Source of the DNA: an uncultured virus (IMG/VR IMGVR_UViG_3300035689_000001)
Taxonomy: Duplodnaviria > Heunggongvirae > Uroviricota > Caudoviricetes
IMG/VR virus record: IMGVR_UViG_3300035689_000001
Reading direction: 5' to 3' (one strand)
DNA length: 64,000 bases
The notes under the pieces are model-generated. The model saw only the letters and a list, made by a program, of their open reading frames with translations, did no database searches and was not told the origin of the DNA. Shown in pieces: positions 49,422 through 57,932 of the stretch. Position 1 is the stretch's first letter; the number at the start of each line of letters is the position of its first letter. A program made the position numbers and the translations under genes.

Positions 49422-49455
49422 TGAACTACCCCACCCTGTAGAGGGATGGGGGAAT
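49421..49455 (-). mobile_element. Isolated IS200/IS605-type end
   Basis: Minus strand AATTCCCCCATCCCTCTACAGGGTGGGGTAGTTCAT; same hairpin as 128..166. Confidence 0.6.
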
Positions 49456-49895
49456 TCCGCTATTCCGTTAAGCCTTGGTGTAGGCTGACGGGACAGAAGC
49501 GCTTAGCCATTCTGCCGCCTTGAGGCTGCTGATATGCCCGTAGCGCATACCATTACCCCTGTTACTCCCAACATGGGCAAAGCGCGACTGTTGTAAATAG
49601 CGATCGGCCACAGCAGAAAGTGGATTGTCCATCCAAATGACAAAACAATAAGGTTTAGTTGTTGCACCCCGGTGGCGGTGGGGGTGGTGGGGTAGTTACA
49701 CTTCGCCATGAATGTAATTCTTTCCAATGGGGAAATCAAATAGGGATGCCGCAACCGGATGACGGAGGTTGTCCTTTATCGTTTTTACTACCTCTGCCAA
49801 AACTTCAGACTGTTTGAGGCGATCGCCCGATATCCTAATCATATCCCACTCAAATCGCCAGGGCACAACGTGCTATTGAGATTCGTATTCTTTGG

Positions 49896-49938
49896 CTGAC
49901 ATCCTCCCCACGGCTTCTAGCCGTGGGGAGGATGTCAG
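49896..49938. repeat. Perfect palindrome of two IS605-type right ends
   Basis: CTGACATCCTCCCCACGGC-TTCTA-GCCGTGGGGAGGATGTCAG; arm identical to 21829..21847. Confidence 0.85.
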
Positions 49939-50279
49939 TCCGATTGCATCTGATCCAGCTCTTTATCAACGGGTGGCTCAGTTCCGATTTGGGCAAAGCT
50001 GGGGCATGTCCCAAAACTTCCCCGCAGGCTTCGTAACACGTCCATTGGGTTCGTCAGGTAAATCTGGTCGAGCGATCGCCAGATTGGTTCCTGCTGCCCC
50101 TCTCGCAAGTCCTCCAGGCGATAGATCAGCCTCCCGAAGGTCTCCCGGCAATCACCTGTCCAACCCAGCAAGAGGGTCGCGGGTTTTTGTGGGTTTGAGA
50201 AGTCCCAGATGTAAACCCCCTGGGCGATCGCGGGGAGTTGATCGCTGTCCGCAATGCTGATCGGTCTATTTCCATCCAT
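49935..50279 (-). CDS. Hypothetical protein (stop codon lies within the palindrome)
   Basis: 114 aa, overlaps the upstream gene. Confidence 0.5.
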   Translation of the reverse strand: MDGNRPISIADSDQLPAIAQGVYIWDFSNPQKPATLLLGWTGDCRETFGRLIYRLEDLREGQQEPIWRSLDQIYLTNPMDVLRSLRGSFGTCPSFAQIGTEPPVDKELDQMQSD

Positions 50280-51090
50280 CCTTGACCAAGCCTCTCAACT
50301 TAAGGGTTGCGCCGTCATCCAACATCTCGAAGACCTGCCAGTCGCCGTACGAATCGAGGAATCCGTCGTCTGGGTCGTGCCACACGAGTCGCTTGAACTC
50401 GCGCGCTGCTTCCCGCAGATCCCCAGCCGAAACAATCCTGCTGGTTGCCTCGACGGAAGGGTGAAACATCAGGAATTCACCCAGCGGATTTTCCTCCCAC
50501 AGGCCAACCCACCGATCCATCTCAGACTCCGGGATGCACAGGTGATTCCCGGAACGGTATCGATTGTATTGCCAGTCGTTGGCGATCGCCTTGGGAGGAA
50601 TCGCAACTTTGCGGATACGGCCTCGCTTCCGTGCTGGCTTATAGGGGAGGAGTTGGACGGTCGTCGTCCCGAAGCCATCGTAGTCAACCGGGGCATCCGT
50701 GATGTAGATTGCGGCGTCTGCTGGATACCCCATCTCTAGCCCCAATCTGAGGAGTTCTGGAGCTGGGTGAAACTCGGCATCCGGTAGGTACGAGAGATCC
50801 CGCATCGCGTTGGTGATCGCCCGCATGGCAATCAATGCATGATTGCAGGCTTCTTTCCAGTGCAGATATTCCCCGCTTTCTTTGTCACTCGCTTTCGCCA
50901 TGGGCAGGCCCCGCAGGTACTTGTTTGTCCAGACAAGGATTCCTACCGCCCCTTCCAGCTTCTCGTCAATCTTTTGCTTGATCGTCATACTCAACCTGTT
51001 TGAGACTTCTCGAAATCTCGATCGCCAGCACTCGAAGTCGCTCTGGTCAAAGCCCATTGAGTTCTGTTTCGAGGATCTGGGTCGTATCAT
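50266..51090 (-). CDS. Hypothetical protein
   Basis: 274-aa ORF divergent from the RHH gene. Confidence 0.6.
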   Translation of the reverse strand: MIRPRSSKQNSMGFDQSDFECWRSRFREVSNRLSMTIKQKIDEKLEGAVGILVWTNKYLRGLPMAKASDKESGEYLHWKEACNHALIAMRAITNAMRDLSYLPDAEFHPAPELLRLGLEMGYPADAAIYITDAPVDYDGFGTTTVQLLPYKPARKRGRIRKVAIPPKAIANDWQYNRYRSGNHLCIPESEMDRWVGLWEENPLGEFLMFHPSVEATSRIVSAGDLREAAREFKRLVWHDPDDGFLDSYGDWQVFEMLDDGATLKLRGLVKDGWK

Positions 51091-51124
51091 CGCTGGACCG
51101 ATTCTTCAAAACCTCCAAGCGATC

Positions 51125-51169
51125 AAGTGATATCACTATACATCATTCTGTTGTATAGTGATATCACTT
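51125..51169. promoter_or_regulatory. Operator-like nested palindrome upstream of the RHH gene
   Basis: 18-bp arms AAGTGATATCACTATACA / TGTATAGTGATATCACTT, each containing the palindrome AGTGATATCACT. Confidence 0.8.
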
Positions 51170-51191
51170 AAAGAAAAAAAAGGATTGTTGC

Positions 51192-51431
51192 GTGGCGAAA
51201 GGTAGGCGCTTTACCTTCACGGTTGAGCCTGATCTCTACGAGCCGTTAAAGGATCAGGCTCGTAGAGAGCGAAGGTCTGTAGGTTCGTTGATCAATTGGC
51301 TAATTGCTCAGTATCTAGAGCAGCAACAGGGAGTAAATGCTGAATCGACAATTCAGCATGGGGGCGATCGTAAATCTGTCCAGAGGGGTGATAAAGTTCA
51401 ACGACCCCACCCTGAAGAGGGTGGGGATTGA
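51192..51431 (+). CDS. CopG/Arc-like ribbon-helix-helix regulator; last 11 codons derive from the IsrB element
   Basis: RRFTFTVEPDLYEPLKDQARRERRSVGSLINWLIAQYL. Confidence 0.8.
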   Translation: MAKGRRFTFTVEPDLYEPLKDQARRERRSVGSLINWLIAQYLEQQQGVNAESTIQHGGDRKSVQRGDKVQRPHPEEGGD

Positions 51432-51617
51432 CCAGACCAATCCGGTCAACGTAAGCGTTGAATAGCCCGTTGAGACTCAATCTGGTACAGACTTCCACTT
51501 GCTTCCCTAGAGTGGATTCCCTCTAAGTCTGATTGGTGCAGACGCTGGGTAATGCCAGGACATCTTGATTGAGTTGGGCGAAGGGACTTAAACAAAGCAG
51601 TTTGGGTTATACCAGCA
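51396..51617 (+). ncRNA. Omega-RNA (HEARO-like) scaffold of IsrB
   Basis: About 220 nt between the element end and isrB, with GAATAGCC, CAGACTTCC..CTTCCCTAG and TGGGCGAAGGGAC segments typical of these RNAs. Confidence 0.75.
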
Positions 51618-52772
51618 ATGCGAATTCCGGTCGTAGACCAAAACCATCAACCGTTAATGCCAACTACTCCCGCCAGGGCGAGGAAATGGCTTGCGTCTGG
51701 CAAGGCAGTAAAACGCTGGTCGGATTGCGGCCAATTTTATGTCCAGCTCACCGTCGAGCCATCAGGTCGCGCAGTACAGCCTGTCGTGGTCGGCATCGAC
51801 CCCGGCAAGAAGTATTCCGGCATCGGAGTACAGTCTGCCAAGTTCACGCTTTACACCGCCCATCTAATACTGCCATTCCAGACTGTCAAAGACAGGATGG
51901 AGCAGCGTCGAATGATGCGCCGAGGCCGCAGGGGAAGACGGATTAACCGCAAGGTGCCGTATTCTCTTCGTGCCCATCGGCAAAAGCGATTTGATAATCG
52001 CAGGGGTAGTAAGCTGCCACCCAGTATTCGAGCCAATCGCCAGCTTGAACTACGAATCGTCGCGGAACTCTGCAAGATTTATCCAGTTACAGAAATTCGC
52101 TACGAATACGTTCGAGCTGACGTGGATCTGACCTCTGGGCGCAGCAAAGCGCGTTCCGGTAAAGGCTTTAGCCCCGTGATGGTGGGACAGATCTGGATGC
52201 TGTCTCAGCTTGAGCGGCTTGCCCCAACAGCCAAAGTGGAGGGCTATACCACTGCCGCAATCCGCAATCACCTGGGCTTAGTGAAGAACAGGGCTGACAA
52301 GTCAAAAGTTGAGTTCAATACTCATGCGGTTGATGGCGTTGCCCTGGCTTGCTCGTATTTTGTGGAATATCGACAATTTCACAAAATAGGGTGCGACGGG
52401 GCGGACTGGGCGGGAAGTGTTGTTATCACTTCTTCCCCGTTTTTTGTGGTGCGTCGTCCTCCCGTCTCTCGTAGACAGCTACACCTGATGGTTCCGGCAA
52501 AGGGGGGAGTGCGTCGCAAATATGGCGGCACTACGACCCGACACGGATTCCGCAAGGGCGATCTGGTTAAAGCAGAGATGGGCAGCAGATCTCATGTTGG
52601 CTGGGTGAGTGGTGACACACAGAGGCAGGTAAGTGTTTCGGATTACAACTGGAAACGATTAGGGCAGTTTGCGGCATCCAAAGTGTCGCTGATTGCTCGT
52701 TCGACTGGGCTGGTGGTTTCGGGGGTGTCGAACCCCGCTCAACCGCCACTCCTATCCCTCCCCGGCCTGTAG
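51618..52772 (+). CDS. isrB: IsrB (PLMP/RRXRR RuvC nickase without HNH)
   Basis: PLMPTTPARARK, GIDPG (RuvC I), RRMMRRGRR bridge helix, YEYV (RuvC II), THAVDG (RuvC III); no HNH insertion; 384 aa. Confidence 0.85.
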   Translation: MRIPVVDQNHQPLMPTTPARARKWLASGKAVKRWSDCGQFYVQLTVEPSGRAVQPVVVGIDPGKKYSGIGVQSAKFTLYTAHLILPFQTVKDRMEQRRMMRRGRRGRRINRKVPYSLRAHRQKRFDNRRGSKLPPSIRANRQLELRIVAELCKIYPVTEIRYEYVRADVDLTSGRSKARSGKGFSPVMVGQIWMLSQLERLAPTAKVEGYTTAAIRNHLGLVKNRADKSKVEFNTHAVDGVALACSYFVEYRQFHKIGCDGADWAGSVVITSSPFFVVRRPPVSRRQLHLMVPAKGGVRRKYGGTTTRHGFRKGDLVKAEMGSRSHVGWVSGDTQRQVSVSDYNWKRLGQFAASKVSLIARSTGLVVSGVSNPAQPPLLSLPGL

Positions 52773-52801
52773 AGGCGCGGGGTTTCTCGGAGGATTTTTC
52801 G

Positions 52802-53854
52802 ATGATTGATCCAAAATCCCTTGATATTGCGTCACTTCCGGTTTTGCCAATGGACGCGAAAACCAACCTCCCAAAGGAGTCCGGCATTTACTTTGCACTG
52901 AACAGTGAAGGTAGAGTTCTGTATGTTGGACAAACCGTAAACTTGAAAAAGCGATGGGTGAATCACCATAGGTACGTTGCGTTAAACAAGATTGGTGGGG
53001 TCAGCATCGCTTACTTATTTGCGGCTCCTGAGTTACTTTCTTCACTTGAAGAGGCGTTGATTGAATTCTTCAAACCTCCTTTTAATGGGAATTCAAACAA
53101 AGGGCAGCAAGGCTCTCTTGGAGGATCTAAGGCATATTTTGGAAAATCAGTCACTCCGATCGAGATCGACCGGGAGATAAAAGTAATGGCCGAACTGGTG
53201 GCCTATCTGCATGGTCATCGGCATGGCGATCGCGGCAGTTTGCCAAAGTTTGTTCGGCCAGTCCTGACTGGTGAGTATCTTGTGGTGCCGAACCGGGTAA
53301 TCGGTTGGGCGGAACTTGTGCCCCAGATCCAGGAGATACTACTGTCGTACCGTGACAGGGAGAAGAGCCGTCAACCCTTCAGCCTGCGGTATCGCCACTC
53401 GCATGGCAGCATGGAAGACTTCTCGGTCCTGTATGGAGAAGTCACGGTTCACGAAGCGCGATTCTATCTGGATGCGTGGGTGGCGGAACCAGGTGGCCCT
53501 GATGTTCCGGCGCTGCAACACAACCGTTGTTTTCGGCTGGATCGCATCCAGCAGGTTAACGGCCCAGTCTCAGGTGAATGGCGCGATCGCCTCGACAGCA
53601 TTCAGGTTGTGTTTGAGCTGTCGGGTGGGTTGGCGCGAGGGGGCTACGAAAAGCGCCCTGAGGATTTGTCGATTGAACACCTGGGGACGCCGCAGGATCC
53701 ATGCTTGCGGGTAACCAGGGAGGTCTCCAATACGTTCTGGTTTATCCGGGAGATGCTCTCGTATGGTCAAAATTACCAGGTGATCGCGCCTGTAGAGGTA
53801 CTGGAACGGGTACGGAATGAAGTGACTGTGATGTTCAAGAAACATTCAGGTTAG
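52802..53854 (+). CDS. GIY-YIG nuclease-like domain fused to a WYL regulator
   Basis: SGIYF...VLYVGQTVNLKKRW..HH...E..LI..FKPPFN; then YLDAW...LQHNRCFRLDRI and FWFIREMLSYG...VIAP. Confidence 0.85.
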   Translation: MIDPKSLDIASLPVLPMDAKTNLPKESGIYFALNSEGRVLYVGQTVNLKKRWVNHHRYVALNKIGGVSIAYLFAAPELLSSLEEALIEFFKPPFNGNSNKGQQGSLGGSKAYFGKSVTPIEIDREIKVMAELVAYLHGHRHGDRGSLPKFVRPVLTGEYLVVPNRVIGWAELVPQIQEILLSYRDREKSRQPFSLRYRHSHGSMEDFSVLYGEVTVHEARFYLDAWVAEPGGPDVPALQHNRCFRLDRIQQVNGPVSGEWRDRLDSIQVVFELSGGLARGGYEKRPEDLSIEHLGTPQDPCLRVTREVSNTFWFIREMLSYGQNYQVIAPVEVLERVRNEVTVMFKKHSG

Positions 53855-53859
53855 CGGTT

Positions 53860-55152
53860 ATGGAGATCTGGAGTCTAGAAAATATGAAATATGTGATCGC
53901 CCACGCCAATTGCTTCGACGGTTCCGCCGCTGCTTATGCGGCGTGGCGGAAGTTTGAGGATAACGCTACATATTTGTACTGCCAGTACGGCGACGATATG
54001 CCGGAACTGCCGGACGGGGCCGAGGTGTGGTTCCTGGACTTTTTCCAGATCCGCTGGATCGACGCCCTGTTGGCGCAAGGTTGCGATATCCATGTGTTGG
54101 ATCATCACGAATCAGCGGTGGTCGATACATTGCACTGGATAGGTAACCGCATCCTCAGGGGTGGCTCAATGGAATACGGGTGGGCAAACCTGCGGGATGA
54201 CAAAGTATTTGACCTGCGGGGATCAGGTGCGCTGTTTGGCAATATGGAATCTGATCAAATTGAGGATTGGATCGACTTGACAGCATTCACCGCATTGTTC
54301 TTCAAAGCAGAGCGGCTCGATATCAAATTCAGCCTCTCGCACTCTGGTGCCGAGATGGCCTGGATGAATTTCTTTGGAGCGAGCCGCCAGCCTGATTTAA
54401 TCAGCTACGTGGGCGATCGCGATCGCTGGGTCTGGCAGCTCCCCAATAGCGAGGCCGTTAGTGAGGGGCTGTGGGATAGCCTTAAGCGATTCCGAACCGA
54501 CCGACAAGCGATACAGGGCAGCATCTCGCGATTTACCGAGGTAGCGCTGGATGATGTGCTGGATCCTCAGGCAGACGCGATCGCCGAATTCCAGTTTCTG
54601 AACCATCTGGCACACAACCCTGACTACTGCAAAAACATGGTGGCGATCGGCCTACCACTCGTAACGGCTCGGCAGGCAGTAGTGCAACAACTTTGTCAGG
54701 ACGTTCGATTCTGCACCATCCTGGGGTACAAAGTCCCGACTGTCCGGGCAAACTGCTACCACTCCTGGGTAGGTCACTACCTGTTGGATCGGTACCCCGC
54801 TGCACCGTTCGCTGCGGTGGTGCGGGATCAAGGTGCTGGGGTGATGGGGATTGAGTTGCGGAGCCGTCCAGGATTCCGGGTGAACCGCATCGCGCGGCAG
54901 CTCGGTGGTGGTGGCCACCCAACGGCAGCAGGTTTTCGACTGCAACAGGTCAGGAAGCTAAAGATTGGCGATCGCTTCTGCGCGGCGGTCGAGATGAATC
55001 TGGGGGACGGGATTCCCATCCAGATCAACATCGATCCAGACTTCGGATACCGTTGGCAGATCCAGCCAGATGCGTCGGTTCAACGGATTGATCGGCCCGC
55101 AGACGTTATACATAGTTGCGGCAGAGCCTGGGTCATTAAGGAGGAGTCATGA
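53860..55152 (+). CDS. DHH/DHHA1 phosphoesterase (phage-type)
   Basis: IAHANCFDG, FLDF, VLDHHES, SGA, VGDRD.W.W, ELRS, GGGGHPTAAGF. Confidence 0.88.
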   Translation: MEIWSLENMKYVIAHANCFDGSAAAYAAWRKFEDNATYLYCQYGDDMPELPDGAEVWFLDFFQIRWIDALLAQGCDIHVLDHHESAVVDTLHWIGNRILRGGSMEYGWANLRDDKVFDLRGSGALFGNMESDQIEDWIDLTAFTALFFKAERLDIKFSLSHSGAEMAWMNFFGASRQPDLISYVGDRDRWVWQLPNSEAVSEGLWDSLKRFRTDRQAIQGSISRFTEVALDDVLDPQADAIAEFQFLNHLAHNPDYCKNMVAIGLPLVTARQAVVQQLCQDVRFCTILGYKVPTVRANCYHSWVGHYLLDRYPAAPFAAVVRDQGAGVMGIELRSRPGFRVNRIARQLGGGGHPTAAGFRLQQVRKLKIGDRFCAAVEMNLGDGIPIQINIDPDFGYRWQIQPDASVQRIDRPADVIHSCGRAWVIKEES

Positions 55153-55502
55153 CCATCAATTACCCTCCTGCACTTTTCCTGCAACTGGGAACGTGGCACC
55201 CCTCGGTGCGATTCCAGTTGGAAGGTTGGCAACGTGGGATCATCACATGGGATGAAGCTCTGGAGAATTGCGTCAGAACACTCTCGATCGAGTGTAAGGC
55301 CCATATCCTTGCACTCGAATTAGATTTAGATCCTCTCCCTCGCATTCAAGAGGTTCCCGCTGAAGAGCGGTTTGATGAGCGGAGACGGCTGGAACGCCAG
55401 TCTGAACTCATTAGAGCTGTCGTCCAGTTGATTATTATCCACCAGGATTTAGTTGGTCTGCGATCGCCCGTAATCAAAACCACCCCTCTGGAGTCATCAT
55501 GA
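55149..55502 (+). CDS. Hypothetical protein
   Basis: 117 aa, ATGA coupling. Confidence 0.6.
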   Translation: MTINYPPALFLQLGTWHPSVRFQLEGWQRGIITWDEALENCVRTLSIECKAHILALELDLDPLPRIQEVPAEERFDERRRLERQSELIRAVVQLIIIHQDLVGLRSPVIKTTPLESS

Positions 55503-56395
55503 CTGAAGCTGTAATTGCATCTAAATTCAAGGTCAACTTTATCGACCTGATTCGCCCGCGAGCCCCCTACGGATACGATCTGGAGAAGGCGATCGCTGTT
55601 TACCAGTGGATGGTCAAGACGGCTCAGAACCCAAAGTATGGTCCAGATGATGGATGGAGGGGAAGCTATGCGGTCGCGCTACTCAATCGAAATGTAGGGG
55701 CGCGTCGAGTGTGCGAAGTTGATCCTTTCAGTCGCAATTGGGAGGAAGAGCTGTGGGGAGCCTTCCGTTATGCACTTCTGGATGACTGCACTTCTGGCCA
55801 GGTGGAGCAGTGGCGGGTAGATCATGGAATTTCGATTAACCAGAGTCGTGTCATTTCAGCGCCCTATTACGCAGGGAAGTTGCCGATGATTGATTGGGGA
55901 AGCCCCGGTCGGTACAGCGGCCTGAAAGGGATGATCAATCGTCTTTTTACGCTGGAGGGGCGGCGACTCAAAGACTCCCATAACAGCAGTCACCTGCAAG
56001 CCAGAACCATTGTTCGGGTGCTGTGGCAAACCATGCCACAGCATTCCTTGATACTGAAGTATGGTTACGGGGATGAGTGGTCGTCCTCCTGGGAGATCTC
56101 GATTCGATCTCAAGAGGGTGAGCTGCTTCCTGATTGGCTGTACCGGGCGTGGCATGAGGCGAACGCCCTGGTGACTGAAGAGGATCGGGAGCCAGCGCCA
56201 CCGAAACGCTACGCATGGAAACGGTTGAGCGACGGGTATATCGCACGCGAGTTGGTTTCGGCGTCCAAAGAAGCGCTTTTCGAGCGCTCAGGATTTGATG
56301 CCTTGGAGGTCGATAAACCCATCAAAGGGTTCATTGCGGTCGAGATCGATGATCGCTTTCAAGAAATTCCAGCCCCCACAGGACAACCATCATGA
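55499..56395 (+). CDS. Hypothetical protein
   Basis: 298 aa, ATGA coupling. Confidence 0.65.
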   Translation: MTEAVIASKFKVNFIDLIRPRAPYGYDLEKAIAVYQWMVKTAQNPKYGPDDGWRGSYAVALLNRNVGARRVCEVDPFSRNWEEELWGAFRYALLDDCTSGQVEQWRVDHGISINQSRVISAPYYAGKLPMIDWGSPGRYSGLKGMINRLFTLEGRRLKDSHNSSHLQARTIVRVLWQTMPQHSLILKYGYGDEWSSSWEISIRSQEGELLPDWLYRAWHEANALVTEEDREPAPPKRYAWKRLSDGYIARELVSASKEALFERSGFDALEVDKPIKGFIAVEIDDRFQEIPAPTGQPS

Positions 56396-57126
56396 TCACG
56401 ACGGAGCTGACGACCGAGCAATCAGCGATCCAGACCGCGATCGCCACTGTGTACCCAGACGTAGAAATCCGATGGGATCCCCTGGAGTGGGATACAGAAT
56501 GGTTGATCAATCTCAGCGGCTATGCTGATTTGAAGAAGGGGACGGAGCACCCCAGCCTAATCCTGCCGTTCACGTACCTCGTGGACCATGTTGGCCGCAG
56601 ACATTCCATACAGGTCAACTGCTCGCTGGTCACGGTGGAAGCTGGGGGCTTGGGAGCCGTACAGGATTGCTTCCTGCTGGAATCCTTCCGGCTGACCAGC
56701 ACTGGTCGCAAATACAAACGGCAGTCCGATGTGTTCGGCAAGATTAAGGGGCGATCGCGGTTTCCTCTCGACAGCTATTTCATCTATACTCTGCCGGGTG
56801 GTTCCGACAAATTCCCCAATTTCGATGCGGTGAGGCGTTGGCGTTGGCGACTCCGCCAGGGAGAAACAATTGCCCTCATTCACGGGGACTGGGCATTCAT
56901 CCCGAAGGAGAACCCGAAGGGCACTTCAGTCGGCACATCCATCGACCTCGGAGGAGCCGATATCACCAGTGACAAGATCCTACGGAAGGGCGATCGCCTG
57001 TTTGTCCTGAATCCCGTTTCATATAACGACGACTTGGATATGGCAGAACTGACGGGCTGGTACGAAGTTCGGCTCGGTCGTCGATGGGCAAATGATTGGG
57101 AATCCGAAGAAAAAATATCGGTCTAA
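56392..57126 (+). CDS. Hypothetical protein
   Basis: 244 aa, ATGA coupling; RQGE...HGDWAFIP and GWYEVRLGRRW motifs. Confidence 0.65.
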   Translation: MITTELTTEQSAIQTAIATVYPDVEIRWDPLEWDTEWLINLSGYADLKKGTEHPSLILPFTYLVDHVGRRHSIQVNCSLVTVEAGGLGAVQDCFLLESFRLTSTGRKYKRQSDVFGKIKGRSRFPLDSYFIYTLPGGSDKFPNFDAVRRWRWRLRQGETIALIHGDWAFIPKENPKGTSVGTSIDLGGADITSDKILRKGDRLFVLNPVSYNDDLDMAELTGWYEVRLGRRWANDWESEEKISV

Positions 57127-57132
57127 ACACAC

Positions 57133-57756
57133 ATGACTAAACTAAATCGCTACTACGGCATCAATGGTGCCGATAACCCAGCCGTCGGGGTAATGGCGGC
57201 AATCACCTGGGCGATCGCCTGTGCGCGTGATAAGGGGCGATCGCAACTCCAAGGGATGAACAAATGGGATCGCCTCACGAGCTGCATCATCAACGCAGCA
57301 TCTGCGGCTATGACGGTAGATGACTATGTTGGGAAATTCTGCCAGTTGGTTGCAGCAGCATCACTGCCGCCCCGGATGCTGAGCCGAATTGTCGCGGGCG
57401 ATGGCACCAAACCAATCATTCTGTACTGGGTGCCGCTCGACGGGGAAGACCCTAACGCTATTGCGAACCAGGCCGTGGAACCGCTGGATCTGCCCCAAAC
57501 GCTCCAGCGGTTCCACGGTGGCGATGTTGGCGTGATGCAGGACCAACACTATGCCCGACTGGCATACGGAAACTATCGCCTGTTAGTGCATGATGCCTGC
57601 TGCCGAATGCCCTGTGATGAATACCGCCTGCTGGACTACTGCCGAGATGACAGCGCTTACATCATCACGACGCTGTGCCAACTCAAAGATGAGGAGTTCC
57701 GGGCACAGGGCGTCAAGTTGGAGGATGAAGCGATCGACGTGGAGGTGACAACTTGA
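57133..57756 (+). CDS. Putative Cas11-like small subunit of the type IV module
   Basis: Helical 207-aa protein upstream of csf2; KWDRLTSCIINAASAAMTVDDYVGKFCQL loosely resembles type IV small subunits; mainly positional. Confidence 0.45.
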   Translation: MTKLNRYYGINGADNPAVGVMAAITWAIACARDKGRSQLQGMNKWDRLTSCIINAASAAMTVDDYVGKFCQLVAAASLPPRMLSRIVAGDGTKPIILYWVPLDGEDPNAIANQAVEPLDLPQTLQRFHGGDVGVMQDQHYARLAYGNYRLLVHDACCRMPCDEYRLLDYCRDDSAYIITTLCQLKDEEFRAQGVKLEDEAIDVEVTT

Positions 57757-57932
57757 TAACGGTCAAAATTATCAACGCGATCGCAGATAAACATTCTGCT
57801 GCTGTGTTCCAAGAATTAGTTCAACAGGGATGTTCCGTTGATGATGCCCTGACTGACCTGGCGGATGAAATAAAGGAAGCGATCGCCACAGTTTTGGAAG
57901 AATATTTCCTGGAGGAATTTGATGAAGATTGA
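57753..57932 (+). CDS. Very acidic 59-aa protein (not in ORF track)
   Basis: TTG start overlapping the previous stop, GGAGGT RBS; 15 D/E versus 3 K. Confidence 0.6.
   Translation: MITVKIINAIADKHSAAVFQELVQQGCSVDDALTDLADEIKEAIATVLEEYFLEEFDED

Larger units (their letters stand above)
51396..52801 (+). mobile_element. IS200/IS605-superfamily IsrB (OMEGA) element
   Basis: 5' hairpin CCCCACCCTGAAGAGGGTGGGG; 3' hairpin CCCCGGCCTGTAGAGGCGCGGGG-TTTCTCGGAGG; followed by ATGA; exact ends inferred. Confidence 0.8.

Noticed and set aside
51618..52772. IscB or Cas9-like nuclease
   Set aside because: No HNH domain between RuvC II and III, so IsrB
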